Notes under the pieces: generated by a model
The model's database searches: none
What the model was told of the DNA's origin: nothing
The model's input: only the letters and a program-made list of their open reading frames with translations
Shown here: piece after piece, positions 12,166 through 26,090 of the stretch
Layout: every line of letters begins with the position of its first letter
How positions within the stretch are numbered: position 1 is the stretch's first letter
Source of the DNA: an uncultured delta proteobacterium
Lineage (GTDB): Bacteria > Myxococcota_A > Polyangia > Polyangiales > B10-G4
NCBI GenBank assembly: GCA_963727445.1
Contig: CAVSGI010000020.1
Coordinates: 192,001-256,000 of the forward strand
Length of the DNA: 64,000 nt
Direction of reading: 5' to 3'
Made by a program: the position numbers and the translations under genes

Positions 12166-12818
12166 TCAAGGGGCGCCGACGCGTACGTAGCTGAACGATT
12201 CGTCGATGCGGAAGCGCGTCGTCACCTCGCCCGACTCCCCACGCGCATCGGCCTCTTCCGCGTCCATGCCCCCGAGGCGCTGCATGAGCAGGACGTCGTG
12301 ATAGAGCAGGCCCCGGAGCTCCCGACCTTCGGCCGCGAGCTCCAGGTCTCCCTCGTCGCCATCCCACACGGCGGCGACCTGGTCATCGTCGCATCCGACG
12401 AGCAGGCGCTCGTAGCACTGGCCGACGTCGTTGCACGAGGTCGCGTACTCGAAGCTCTCTTCGTCGAGCACTTCGACGAGGGTCTCGACGTAGTCGGGGA
12501 TCGGATCGCCGTTGACGTCGACCTCGCGTAGGAGCGAGTAGACCGACTCGTTGGAATCGCCCCTCGCTCGGGCACGAGCTCCGTGAGCTCACCCTCCTCG
12601 GCTCCGATGCCGTACACCATCACCGAGGCGGGCACGTCCTCACAGCGCAGCGGGCGCGGAGCCGTCGACGCCGGCTCCGCATCGCCCGCGCTCGGCGCCG
12701 TCGAGGTGACGGGTGACGCGGGTGGTGTCTGCACCGCGGGGTCCGGAGGCGGCGAGGCCCCGCATGCAGACGCGGCGATCGCCGCGCCGAAGAGGAGCCA
12801 GGTGCTGGTTGGACGCAT
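12166..12818 (-). CDS. Hypothetical lipoprotein with one +1 frameshift near 12562
   Basis: Lipobox IAASAC; removing one G joins ...ELVPER to GDSNESVYSLLREVDVNGDPIPDY... and the 12166-12471 ORF. Confidence 0.65.
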
Positions 12819-12864
12819 GGCCGACGCGAGAAACGGGCGGAAACGTGCCGCTCCGCTCCCGTCC

Positions 12865-15081
12865 TCAGTTCGACGCGCCCGGGGTCGGCGTCCGCTGGAC
12901 GTAGGCTTCGGTGCCGAAGGGGCCGCCGAGGCCGTCGTACTGACGCTGGTTCGACTCGGGGGACCCCGAGGCTCCCTCGTTGACCTGGGGGTGGCCGGGC
13001 GTGAGCCCGTTGATCAGGTCGGTGTCGTCGCTGTCGTTGCTGTCATACACCAGGGCGTCGAGGAGCACCGCGCCAGAGGGCAGGGGGCTGACGGCGCCGC
13101 CGTCGGAGAAGTCGCCGTAGCTCGCCATGAGGAGCGCGACGGCGTCGGCCCCGTTCTGCAGAAGCCCGTTGGAGAAGGAGGCGCAGTCCACGCCGACCGT
13201 GCAACCCGACGCCGTGAGGACCGACGAGTTGCCGAAGAGGAAGAACCCCGACGAGTTCGTCTGATACCCGTACAAGTCGAAGGCGTAGTACGCCATATCG
13301 TCGGAGCCGTTGAAGAACACGAGGATCATCCCGTCGAGGGAGACGTTCCCGCGGCCGCCATCGTAGATCTCGACGAACTCTGCCATGTCGGTGCCCGGAT
13401 TGTCGGCGTCGACCTCGTTGATCACGAAGTCCGGGCCCACCGCGTCCCAGCACATCGCCATCGCGCAGCCGAAGCAGCTGGGCGCCGTACCCGGACAATC
13501 ACTGCACGACGTCAGATCGGGCTCCGCCACATCCGCAGGACAGGTGGCCGAAGCGCCATCACACGTCTCCTCGGCGTCGCAGTCCATGGTGCTCGCGCGG
13601 CAGACCGTGCCCGAAGGCGAGAGCGCATCGGCCGGGCAGAGGCCGCTCGAGCCGGTGCAGGTCTCCTCGGGATCGCACAGCCCCCCGGAGACGCGACAAA
13701 CCGTCGAGCTGGGCAGCACCACGTCGGGCGGACAGGCCGGCCCGGTCCCGAGGCAGGTCTCGGCGACGTCACAGGTGCCCACGGCGGGCCTGCAGGTGAC
13801 GCTCGAGGAGGCGTAGCTGTCGGGCGGGCACGTGACCGACGAGCCGTCGCAGACCTCCGCGGGATCGCAGGCCCCCGTCGAGCGGCGACACTCGAACCCT
13901 TCCGTCTGGAGCGCGTCCGGCGGACACAGCGCGCCGATCCCATCACAGGTCTCCGCTGCATCGCACGGGCCGGCGGCGGCACGGCAGACGGTGCTCGCCG
14001 GCGAGACGGCGTCGGCGGGGCAGGCGGCGCCCGATCCGGTGCAGGTCTCTGCCGCATCGCAGGCGCTGACCGACGCGCGACAGACCGTGGTGGCGGGCGC
14101 GAAGGAGTCGCCCGGACAGACGGCGCTCGACCCAGTGCAGGTCTCCGCGACGTCGCAGCCACCAGGGGCCGCCGCGCGGCAGACGGTCACCGAAGAAGCG
14201 AAGGTGTCGGCCGGGCAAGCCGCGCTCGACCCAGAACAGGTCTCGGCGACGTCGCAAGCGCCTGCGGACGCGCGACAGGTCGTGGACGCGGAAGCGAAAC
14301 CGTCGGCGGGACAGGCGGCGCTCGCGCCGCTGCACGTCTCTTCGGCGTCGCACGGCCCGGCCGACGCGCGGCAGACCGTCCCGGAGGGTGAGAGCGCGTC
14401 GGCGGGACAGCTCGCGCTCGATCCGGTGCACGTCTCTTCGCTATCACAGGCGCCGCTCGAGGCGCGGCAGACGGTGGTGGCAGGGGCGAAGGCGTCCGCC
14501 GGGCAGGCGCCGGACGCTCCGTCGCAGACCTCGGCCGGGTCGCATACGCCGGTCGAGGATCGGCACTCCGTTCCCGCGGGGCTCACCACGTCGGCGGGGC
14601 AGGCGGCGCTCGATCCGTCGCAGGTCTCGGGCGCGTCGCAGACGCCGGCTGCGGCGCGGCAGACCGTGGTCGCCGGTTCGAGGGCGTCGGCCGGACAGTC
14701 GGTGGCGGCTCCATCGCAGACCTCTTCCGCATCGCAGAGGTCAGTCGCCGCGCGGCAGACGATGCCCGCGGCGGCTGGGCCGTCGCAGGTCTCGTTGCAG
14801 CAGGGGTCCACGCCGGGATCGCAGGTCTCGGAAGAGTCCACGACGCCGTCTCCGCACGTTCCTCCATCAGGTGTAGCGTCAGGTGTGGCGTCGACGGCGC
14901 CGCTGTCCGGTTCGGCGTCGGGTGTCGCGTCAGGCGCTTCGGCGTCCGGCCGAGCGTCCATGCCGCTGTCATAGGAACCGTCCGGCCCGGTGTCGGCGGT
15001 CGTGGAGTCGTCGTCCGCACAAGCGGCCAGCGCCAACGCCCCGAGGAGCACGATCCCCCACCCGAAAGAGCTTCGTCCCAT
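12865..15081 (-). CDS. Lipoprotein with 13 disintegrin-like Cys repeats and a C-terminal lamin-tail-like domain
   Basis: LALAAC lipobox; CGDGVVDSSETCD; 13 x ~32-aa CR.....CD..E.C.G....CP.D; VINEVDADNPGTDMAEFVEIY. Confidence 0.85.
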   Translation of the reverse strand: MGRSSFGWGIVLLGALALAACADDDSTTADTGPDGSYDSGMDARPDAEAPDATPDAEPDSGAVDATPDATPDGGTCGDGVVDSSETCDPGVDPCCNETCDGPAAAGIVCRAATDLCDAEEVCDGAATDCPADALEPATTVCRAAAGVCDAPETCDGSSAACPADVVSPAGTECRSSTGVCDPAEVCDGASGACPADAFAPATTVCRASSGACDSEETCTGSSASCPADALSPSGTVCRASAGPCDAEETCSGASAACPADGFASASTTCRASAGACDVAETCSGSSAACPADTFASSVTVCRAAAPGGCDVAETCTGSSAVCPGDSFAPATTVCRASVSACDAAETCTGSGAACPADAVSPASTVCRAAAGPCDAAETCDGIGALCPPDALQTEGFECRRSTGACDPAEVCDGSSVTCPPDSYASSSVTCRPAVGTCDVAETCLGTGPACPPDVVLPSSTVCRVSGGLCDPEETCTGSSGLCPADALSPSGTVCRASTMDCDAEETCDGASATCPADVAEPDLTSCSDCPGTAPSCFGCAMAMCWDAVGPDFVINEVDADNPGTDMAEFVEIYDGGRGNVSLDGMILVFFNGSDDMAYYAFDLYGYQTNSSGFFLFGNSSVLTASGCTVGVDCASFSNGLLQNGADAVALLMASYGDFSDGGAVSPLPSGAVLLDALVYDSNDSDDTDLINGLTPGHPQVNEGASGSPESNQRQYDGLGGPFGTEAYVQRTPTPGASN

Positions 15082-15192
15082 CACCGTTCTCCTCGCCCTC
15101 ACGTCAATCAACAAGCCGCGCGATGGAGGGAGCATCCATGTGTGCTCCATGCGCGTCAACGGCCCCCAGCGTGAAGGGGGGATTCGGCAGCG

Positions 15193-15657
15193 CTAGCTCT
15201 GCTCGCGGCAGTCCCGGCAGATGCCGTAGAGCTCGTGGCGATGCCGGGTGAGACGGAAGCCGTGGGTGCGGGCCAGCTCGTCCTGGAGCTTCTCGATGCG
15301 CTCGTCCTCGAACTCCACGATCTTGCCGCACTTGGTGCAGATCAGATGGTCGTGGTGCTCGTCCTCGTGCGCGACCTCGTAGCGCGAGACCCCGTCGCCG
15401 AACTTCCGCTCGTTGGCGAGCCCGCTGTCGGTGAGGAGCTTCAGCGTCCGGTAGATGGTGGCGTAGCCAACCTTCGGGTCTCGCCGCCGCACCTTCGCCC
15501 ACAGGTCCTCGATCGAGAGGTGCCCCTCCGACTTGAAGAAGATGTCCGTCACCAGGCGCCGCTGCGCCGTGGACCGGAGGCCGTTTCTGTCCATGTACTC
15601 GGCCAGTCGGTCGCGCAGAGTCGCCAGGTAGTCTTTCTTCTCCGTGGCCGTGTCCAT
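15193..15657 (-). CDS. fur: Fur family transcriptional regulator
   Basis: LRSTAQRR, HLSIEDL, VGYATIYRTLKLL, EHHDHLICTKCGKIVEF, LYGICRDC. Confidence 0.93.
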   Translation of the reverse strand: MDTATEKKDYLATLRDRLAEYMDRNGLRSTAQRRLVTDIFFKSEGHLSIEDLWAKVRRRDPKVGYATIYRTLKLLTDSGLANERKFGDGVSRYEVAHEDEHHDHLICTKCGKIVEFEDERIEKLQDELARTHGFRLTRHRHELYGICRDCREQS

Positions 15658-15707
15658 CGCGGGAGCCCCCCGAGGACTCAGGGGGTGTGTAGGATAGCCA
15701 AACGCCG

Positions 15708-17210
15708 ATGTCGACCCCCCGCATCACCATGGAGCGAATCGCGCTGGTGGTCGTCCCCGTGGCAACCGCAATCGTATTCATTGTGGTTTTGGCGATGGAA
15801 ACGGTGGAGGTTCGTTACGACCTCCAGTTGATCACCTCCCCTTCGGTGAGGCCCGGAAGCGACGTCGCCGCCCGAGCCTTCTTCTTCGTGCCGGGTGATG
15901 GCGTCGCGCCGGATCGCGCGGAGGCGCGCGACGCGACCCTCGAGCTCCTCGATGCGGACGGCGTGGTCGTCGCCGAAGGCCATCTCATGCCGGCGACACG
16001 AAACGTTCCGAGCGTGACGGAGGCCGGCCGCTACGGCATGGACGGCTTCGTCACGGCACCGGAGGCGGAGGGCGACTACACCATCCGAGCGCGGGTGTGG
16101 GAGGACGAGACGGTGATCGCGCATTGCGAAGCGCCGGTGATCGTGCGGGCGTCGCCGCGCCAGAGCCCGCTCGCCGCGCGACCGATGATGCCGATGCAGC
16201 AGTGGCGCCTCTTGCCCGTCGAGTCGACCGGACAGGCGCCCTCCGGGATGGAGCTGCGCGTCCGCGCGGGTTACTGCATCCCCGAAGAGCCCTGCGAGCT
16301 GCTCGTCTGGGTTGGCGAGCCGGCCGCGGTGGTGACGCTCGAAGGGCACGGCATCGACATCGACGAGCCGCAGTCGGTCGTGGAAGCGACGGCTGGGATC
16401 CTGCGCCGCCAGGGGACGGTGCATGGGCCCGAGGCCAGGGTCACGCTGGTCGCCACACGGGACGGCGAGTCGGTGGCGCACCGTGACGTGCAGATCCCCA
16501 TCGTGCAGAGCGGCGTGTGGGTGCCAGAAGGCTCTGCCATCTGCCCTCCGCCTTGCGAGCGACACCTGCAGAACACGAGCGTCGAGCCGGTGCTCGTCGA
16601 CTTCTTTCGGGACGGCGTCTGGTCGGTCGCCGCGACCCTCCCCGATGACGGAAGGCCCTTCTTCGAAATCCCTCTCGCTCCGGGCGTCTGGCGCGCACAG
16701 CTCCGCACCGATCCCTTCGGCGTGGAGAGCGCAGCCTCGCACGTGATCTACGTCGGGCCGGAGGAAGGGGCGGTGGCCGCGATGAAGGCGAACCTGGTGA
16801 TGCAGGGCGCCGAGGACGCCTTCACCGTCGCGATGCCGCTCGACGACGTCGCCGCCGAGGATCAGGTCGCCTTCGCGGCGACGCTCCTCGAGATGGACAT
16901 CGTACCCCTGCCCCAAGCGCGCAGCGGTCGCGTGCAGGAGGACCTCGGTCTGGGCGAAGACCGTTCGGTCGCGCGATGGATCGCGGCCCTCTTCGTGCTC
17001 GCGATCGGGCTCTTCGTCGCCGGGTGGGTCATGCGTCGCGGGCTCGTCGCCTCGGCAGAGGCGCGTGCGCTCATGGCGGAGGCGGGGGACACCGCGGCCG
17101 AGAGTCGGAGGAACGTCTGGTCCATGACGCTGTTCGTCGCCGGGATCGTCTTCGCGACGATCCTCGCCTTCGCGGCGGCGGCGCTCCTTCTGTTGACCCG
17201 CGGCGTTTGA
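15708..17210 (+). CDS. Hypothetical membrane-anchored protein
   Basis: 500-aa ORF with an N-terminal and two C-terminal hydrophobic helices. Confidence 0.75.
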   Translation: MSTPRITMERIALVVVPVATAIVFIVVLAMETVEVRYDLQLITSPSVRPGSDVAARAFFFVPGDGVAPDRAEARDATLELLDADGVVVAEGHLMPATRNVPSVTEAGRYGMDGFVTAPEAEGDYTIRARVWEDETVIAHCEAPVIVRASPRQSPLAARPMMPMQQWRLLPVESTGQAPSGMELRVRAGYCIPEEPCELLVWVGEPAAVVTLEGHGIDIDEPQSVVEATAGILRRQGTVHGPEARVTLVATRDGESVAHRDVQIPIVQSGVWVPEGSAICPPPCERHLQNTSVEPVLVDFFRDGVWSVAATLPDDGRPFFEIPLAPGVWRAQLRTDPFGVESAASHVIYVGPEEGAVAAMKANLVMQGAEDAFTVAMPLDDVAAEDQVAFAATLLEMDIVPLPQARSGRVQEDLGLGEDRSVARWIAALFVLAIGLFVAGWVMRRGLVASAEARALMAEAGDTAAESRRNVWSMTLFVAGIVFATILAFAAAALLLLTRGV

Positions 17211-17211
17211 C

Positions 17212-19332
17212 TCAAGGGGCGGGCGCCGGCTCGTCCTCCGCCGGCTCCTCGGGCGCGGCGTCGCCCTCCGCGGGCCCGGCCGGCGTGACGCTCTCCGCTT
17301 CGGCGATCACGGTGGGGGCGGTCTCCGCCGACGCCGCGGCGCGGGTCGAAGCCTCCGTCTCGCGCTCGGGGTCGTAGCCGATCCGATCGAGGCGACGGCG
17401 CACGCGCGCGCTCGGCCGCAGCGCATACGCGGCCTCCCACGCGCTCCGCGCGGCGTCGACGTTTCGGAGCGCCAACTGGATGTCGCCCAGGAGGATCTTG
17501 TATCCGGTGCGATTGGGCGCGAGCCGCACCGCGTTCTCCGCCGCCTCGAGACCGTCTTGGGGATGACCGGTGGCGAGGTGCACGCGCGCGAGGCCCGCCA
17601 TCGCCCCCGCGTTGATCGCGTCCACTTCGAGCGCTCGTTCATAGAGAGCGAGCGCCTGCGCCGCGTTCTCGGGCACCGGCAGCGCATCGGCCTCATCGAC
17701 CATCGCGCGCGCCCGCTCCCGCGGGTTCGACGCGGCAGAAGCCGTCTCCGTCTCCGTCTCCGTCCCCGTTCCGGTTCCCGCTCCCGTTCCCGCTCCCGTT
17801 CCCGTTCCCGCTCCCGTTCCCGTTTCCGCTCCCGCTTCCGTTCCCGTTCCCGCTCCCGTTCCCGTCCCCGTTCCCGCTCCCGTTCCCGTTCCCGCTTCCG
17901 TCTCCGTTCCCCTCTCGGCCGCTGTGTTCGCCACGGGCTCGTCGATCACCGACGCGACCATCTCGTTGTCTCCGTCGTCCTGACTCATCCAGACGACGGC
18001 GGCCGTGATGACGAAGGCGCCGAATCCGAGGACAATCGTGGCGACGGCGCCCAGGGCGAGTCCGCTCCGATTCTCGGGCGTGCTCGGGCGAACCGAAGGC
18101 GCCGGCCGCGGGGGCGGCGAGGAGGGGGCGGGCGCGGGGGGACGCGAAGAAGGGGGCGGCGGCGGATTGGAGGATGCGGCGCCGGACTTGGTCTCCGAGG
18201 CGGAGATGGTGTCAGAGACGGCCTCGGTGTCGGCGACGGCCTCGGCGTCGGCGACGGGCGCGGGTTCGGAGGCGGACTCGGGCGCGGACGCGGCGGCGGG
18301 TCCCGAGGGGGCAGCGGACGCGGACTTCGGCATCGGCGGCGCCCCAACACCCAGGAGCGTCTTCTTCCCGACCCCTTCCATCAGCTCCGCCGCGCTGCGC
18401 GGGGAGAGCGCCGGCTCGGGGGGCGCGGGAGGGTCGCTCTGGGTGACCTCGTCCATGTCGTCGTCCACGAGCTCGGGGAGCGGGAAGACGTCGGCGGGCA
18501 GGGGCGCGGTGGGATGATCGGACTCCACCAGCGTCTTTTCCCCGGCGAGCTCCTGCGCGTCACCGAGCAGCTCGTCCCGACGGAAGGGACGGGTGTCGAG
18601 GTCCTCGTCGAGCTCGCGCGAGACGTCGAGGAGCACGCCCTCGGGGCTGGCGCGGCGCGTGGCCTCGCTGTGGAGCGGCGCGGAGGACATGCGCGTGATC
18701 TCGATGATCCCGCTGCGCATCGTCTTGAAGCCCTCGACGGCGTCAGCGCCGCGCAGCGCCGGCCCACTCACGTGCAGCTCTCGATAGGTCGCCGAGACCA
18801 GCACGCCGTGATCGACGGATAGCTCGGCCCGCGCGTCGGGGCTCTGCGCCGCGATCGCATGTGAACCGTCGCTCGCCTCCAGCATCCGGAGCACGCGGCC
18901 CGGGCCGATGTGATCGAGATCGGCGGTCAGCTCGTCCTCGGACGCGATCCGATCCCGAAGGGTGCGCGCGGATTCCACCAGTGGCGAGAGCAGCGAGGCG
19001 AGCGCACGCAGATCCACCGGCTCGTCCTCGCGCCAGAACTTCTTCAGCTCGCAGCGCAGGATCGGGGCCCAGCGCAGTTGCTCGTCCGCACTCACCGCTC
19101 GCGTCAGCGCGAAGGCGGCGCCTCCGAGCCCGGTCGGGTCGAGCAGAACGACCTCCGGTTCGATTCCGCGCGCCTCCGCCAGGTCCGGCTTGGCCCTCCC
19201 CTCGAGCACCACCGCGCTCACTTCCACCGACGCGAGCTCCTCGGCGAGCTCCCGGGCTCGCTTCGGATCGCGAGAGACGATCACGAGGCGCAAGCCGAGG
19301 AGAACCCGCGCGGTGCTCGGGTCCAGGGTCAC
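17212..19332 (-). CDS. Modular membrane protein: degenerate receiver-like/DUF4388-like N-terminus, Pro-rich linker, TM helix, Gly/Thr repeat, TPR (start uncertain)
   Basis: PEVVLLDP receiver-like strand; PPPPPSS linker; LGAVATIVLGFGAFVITAAVVW TM; ALALYERALEVDAINAGAMAGLAR TPR. Confidence 0.65.
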   Translation of the reverse strand: MTLDPSTARVLLGLRLVIVSRDPKRARELAEELASVEVSAVVLEGRAKPDLAEARGIEPEVVLLDPTGLGGAAFALTRAVSADEQLRWAPILRCELKKFWREDEPVDLRALASLLSPLVESARTLRDRIASEDELTADLDHIGPGRVLRMLEASDGSHAIAAQSPDARAELSVDHGVLVSATYRELHVSGPALRGADAVEGFKTMRSGIIEITRMSSAPLHSEATRRASPEGVLLDVSRELDEDLDTRPFRRDELLGDAQELAGEKTLVESDHPTAPLPADVFPLPELVDDDMDEVTQSDPPAPPEPALSPRSAAELMEGVGKKTLLGVGAPPMPKSASAAPSGPAAASAPESASEPAPVADAEAVADTEAVSDTISASETKSGAASSNPPPPPSSRPPAPAPSSPPPRPAPSVRPSTPENRSGLALGAVATIVLGFGAFVITAAVVWMSQDDGDNEMVASVIDEPVANTAAERGTETEAGTGTGAGTGTGTGAGTGTEAGAETGTGAGTGTGAGTGAGTGTGTETETETASAASNPRERARAMVDEADALPVPENAAQALALYERALEVDAINAGAMAGLARVHLATGHPQDGLEAAENAVRLAPNRTGYKILLGDIQLALRNVDAARSAWEAAYALRPSARVRRRLDRIGYDPERETEASTRAAASAETAPTVIAEAESVTPAGPAEGDAAPEEPAEDEPAPAP
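17743..17910. repeat. Intragenic 6-bp microsatellite (CCGTTC/CCGCTC) encoding a GT/GA/ET linker
   Basis: Tandem hexamer variants visible directly. Confidence 0.9.
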
Positions 19333-19441
19333 CTCGGTCTTGTCGCGATTCTCTTCGATTTCTCCCCCAGGATAGCGCCCGTCACGGCTCTGACGGGCGC
19401 GTTGCGAATCCCCCGTCCCGGCATTAGATTCTCGCCCCTCC

Positions 19442-22754
<3,313 letters not shown>

Positions 22755-22797
22755 CGCGACTCGATCGGGTGGCGGCCGATGATCGCGCCGAGCCGGC

Positions 22798-22902
22798 TGA
22801 AACGTTCTGCAACGCCGGCGACCCCCGTTGAAACGCTGGGCGGAGAGCCCGAGCACAAAACGCCACCGGATCAGGCGCCTTCGAGCTAGCACGATTGTTG
22901 AA
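22798..22902 (+). promoter_or_regulatory. Degenerate sigma-54-like promoter with upstream TG(A/C)AACG boxes, before usp
   Basis: TAGCACGATTGTTGAA at 22887-22902 (both GG and GC altered); TGCAACG at 22808 and TGAAACG at 22829. Confidence 0.4.
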
Positions 22903-22917
22903 GCTGATCCGGACTCC

Positions 22918-23703
22918 ATGGTCCGCATCGCGCATGCCGCCGCCCTGACGGATGAAGACGTCGTGCCTTTCGCGCACGGGGTGGCGCTCGCGCGCGCCAG
23001 TGGGGGCAAGCTCTTTTCGATCCACGCTCGGCAGCGTGGCGAGGGAAGCGCCACCTTGCCGGACGCTTCCGTGGTGTTGGCCAGCTGGGGCGACGCTGCC
23101 AGCGAGGTCGACGTTCAGGCTGCGGCGCACGATTGCTGCGACGATCCGGTCGACACCTTTCTCGACGCGCTCGCGAAGGTGCGTCCCGACCTGGTGATCA
23201 CCGCCACGCATCAGCGCGAAGGGATCGCTCGCGCGCTGTTCGGAAGCCGCGCCGAGGCGATCGCCCACAACGTGGCGGTGCCAACGCTCTTTCTCCCGGT
23301 CGGGGTCGACGGTTTCGTCTCGCGCGTGGACGGTCGCATCGACTTGAGCCGCATTCTGGTGCCGCTCGGCGACCCGACGGAGGCCCAGGCAGCGGTGAGC
23401 GCAGCCGTATCTCTGGCCCGAATGGCGGGCGCCACCTCGGTCGAGCTGACCCTCCTTCACGTCGGATCGCCCCAGAGCGCGCCGCCAGTGGAAGTTCCCA
23501 TCGCCGACGACTGGGTCGTGCGCCGTATCGACGTGGAGAAGGGGAAGCTCGAGGACGCCATTTTGAGTCACGCCCGAGACGCGCGGCTCGTCGTCATGGC
23601 GACGCGCGGTCACGACTCTCTTGGGGACGTGCTGCGCGGCAGCCACACCGACCGCGTCCTGCACCGAGCCAGGTGCCCGGTCCTCTCGGTCCCCGTCATC
23701 TAG
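22918..23703 (+). CDS. Tandem universal stress protein
   Basis: Two USP domains: DLVITATHQREGIARALFGSRAEAI and LVVMATRGHDSLGDVLRGSHTDRVLHRARCPVLSV. Confidence 0.9.
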   Translation: MVRIAHAAALTDEDVVPFAHGVALARASGGKLFSIHARQRGEGSATLPDASVVLASWGDAASEVDVQAAAHDCCDDPVDTFLDALAKVRPDLVITATHQREGIARALFGSRAEAIAHNVAVPTLFLPVGVDGFVSRVDGRIDLSRILVPLGDPTEAQAAVSAAVSLARMAGATSVELTLLHVGSPQSAPPVEVPIADDWVVRRIDVEKGKLEDAILSHARDARLVVMATRGHDSLGDVLRGSHTDRVLHRARCPVLSVPVI

Positions 23704-23726
23704 GCCCGGCTGGCGCGCATCGAAGC

Positions 23727-24158
23727 ATGGAACACTTCACCCCCATCGCATCGACCCTCGGTGGGATCCTGATCGGGATCAGCTCCGTGATGCTGCTCGT
23801 CTTCAACGGGCGCATCGCAGGCGTCAGCGGCGTGGCCGGCAAGATCATCGGCGGAACCAGGGGCGACATCGCCTGGCGTGTCGCCTTCGTCGTAGGGCTG
23901 GTGATCGCCGGCATCGGCGCCTCTCTGGTCGCGCCGAATCTCATGGATGTCGGCCTGGAGCGGTCGCCCGTCGCCATCGCGCTCGCCGGGCTCCTGGTCG
24001 GTTTCGGGACGAGGCTCGGCTCGGGCTGTACGAGCGGACACGGCGTCTGTGGTCTCGGGCGCCTCTCGGTGCGTTCTCTCGCTGCGGTGCTGACCTTCAT
24101 GGCATCCGGCGCCGCCGTCGTGTTCCTGGTTCGCACCATCTTCGGGGGCTCGGTATGA
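23727..24158 (+). CDS. Small YeeE/YedE sulfur-transport membrane protein (PmpA-like)
   Basis: NGRIAGVSG; GLLVGFGTRLGSGCTSGHGVCG; four TM segments. Confidence 0.92.
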   Translation: MEHFTPIASTLGGILIGISSVMLLVFNGRIAGVSGVAGKIIGGTRGDIAWRVAFVVGLVIAGIGASLVAPNLMDVGLERSPVAIALAGLLVGFGTRLGSGCTSGHGVCGLGRLSVRSLAAVLTFMASGAAVVFLVRTIFGGSV

Positions 24159-24610
24159 AACGGATCGTCTTCGCGCTCGCCTCCGGGCTTCTCTTCGGCA
24201 TCGGTCTGGTCGTCGCCGGGATGACCCAACCCGCCAAGGTCGTGGGCTTCCTCGACTTCGGCGGCGACTGGGATCCGAGCCTGGCCTTCGTGATGGGAAG
24301 TGCGTTTCTCGTCTATGCCGCCGGATACCGGTGGGTTGCGCGTCGAGGGCGACCCCTCTTCGACGACATGCTCCACCTCCCCAATCGGCGCGACATCGAC
24401 CTCCCCCTCCTCGCCGGGGCCGTGCTCTTCGGAGCCGGTTGGGGCCTGGCGGGCTACTGCCCGGGACCGGCCATCGTCGCCATGGGGACCGGCGGCTTTC
24501 GGGGCCTGCTCTTCGGGGCCGCCATGGTAATCGGCATGTCCCTGCATCAGGCGACGATCGCCCGGGGTGCACCGGGTCCCGACGTTCGAAAGCACGGCGA
24601 GACCGCGTGA
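24155..24610 (+). CDS. Small YeeE/YedE-like membrane protein (PmpB/DUF6691-like)
   Basis: GMTQPAKVVGFLDFGGDWDPSLAFVM; GWGLAGYCPGPA; ATGA overlap with the previous gene. Confidence 0.9.
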   Translation: MKRIVFALASGLLFGIGLVVAGMTQPAKVVGFLDFGGDWDPSLAFVMGSAFLVYAAGYRWVARRGRPLFDDMLHLPNRRDIDLPLLAGAVLFGAGWGLAGYCPGPAIVAMGTGGFRGLLFGAAMVIGMSLHQATIARGAPGPDVRKHGETA

Positions 24611-24643
24611 GCCCACCACGGATTCGTGCTTACCTCGCATGCG

Positions 24644-25928
24644 ATGAGCGCAAGCGATGACACCGTGCTTCTGGCGTTGGAAGAATTGGGGGGGCCTGCG
24701 ATGGTCCTCGACGACTCTCTCCGCGTCATCCTGGCCACGAAGGGCGCCCACGCGCTGGTAGGCACACCGATCGAAAAGGGCACCCTCGCGCCCGCGATCC
24801 TCTGCGGCGAGGGGCCCGAGCGACCCGTCGCCGAGGCGCTGGCGGCGGGCAGGTCGGTCAACGCCTACGTCCACCGTCCGGCGGCAGACGGCGAGCGCAT
24901 CATCCGGGTGCGCGCGACGCCACTCGAGACCGGCTACCTGCTCCTGTTGGACGAAGAGGGCGAATCGGGTGAGGACGAGGTCGCGAAGAAGTGGGGCGTC
25001 ATCACGCGCGACCCCGCCATGCGCCAGCTCCTCCGCGACGTCGAAAAGGTCGGCCGGAGCGAGAGCTCGGTCCTGGTGCGCGGGGAGACGGGCACCGGCA
25101 AGGAGCTGGTCGCCCGGGCGCTGCACGAATCGTCTCCGCGCGCCGAAGGCCCGTTCCGCGCCATCAACTGCGCGGCGCTTCCCGCGAGCCTCCTCGAGAG
25201 TGTGCTCTTCGGGCACGTGCGCGGGGCCTTCACCGGCGCCGTGCGTGACGAGCCGGGGCAGGTGCGCCTCGCGGACGGCGGCACCCTCTTCCTCGACGAG
25301 GTGGCGGAGCTGCCGCTCGATCTTCAGGCCAAGCTACTGCGTGTCCTGCAGGAGCAGTCGGTCATCCCCGTGGGCGGACAATCCAGTCGCGGTCGACGTG
25401 CGTTTCGTGAGCGCGACGCACCAGTCACTTCGGGCCGCCGTGGCCGATGGCCGCTTCCGCGAAGACCTGATGTACCGGCTGCGCGTCATCCCGCTCTATC
25501 TCCCGCCGCTGCGCGAGCGGCGCGGCGACATCGCCTTGCTGGTCGATCGCTTCATTCAGGAGCTCAACGGACGATTCGAACGCAGCGTGGAGCGCGTCAC
25601 GCCGGGCGCCATCTCCGCGCTCGAGGACTACGACTGGCCCGGCAACGTCCGTGAGCTTCACAACGCCATCGAGTACGCCTTCGTGATGGGCGAGGGGACG
25701 ATGCTCACAGAGGCCGAGCTGCCACCGGAGCTGCGCGACGGAGAAATCCGTGGCGCGGTCCCGATGGTCAACGCGCCGGTGGTGGACCCATCCCTGCCTC
25801 CCGAAGCGCGACGCATCGCCACCGCGCTCGAGCGTGCTGGTGGACATCACGCCCGCGCCGCGGCCGCGCTCGGGATGAGCCGCACTACCCTCTGGCGGCG
25901 CATGAAAAAGTACGGCCTCGAGAGTTGA
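24644..25928 (+). CDS. Sigma-54 enhancer-binding protein with a PAS-like N-terminus; frameshift near 25376
   Basis: [20 protein letters not shown]; second frame continues [17 protein letters not shown] and Fis [15 protein letters not shown]. Confidence 0.9.
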
Positions 25929-26090
25929 GCCGCACGACGGAGGCGACGGAGCGCTGGCGTCGTCACATCGACAAGTTGCTGGATGTGGGCTAGAGGAGGC
26001 GACGACTGCGCGTGGGTCCCGGCGTGCGTGCGGTCAAAGGGGCCCCGATTGGACTCGATAGACAGACAACGCTCGGTCGTCAGCGACTCC

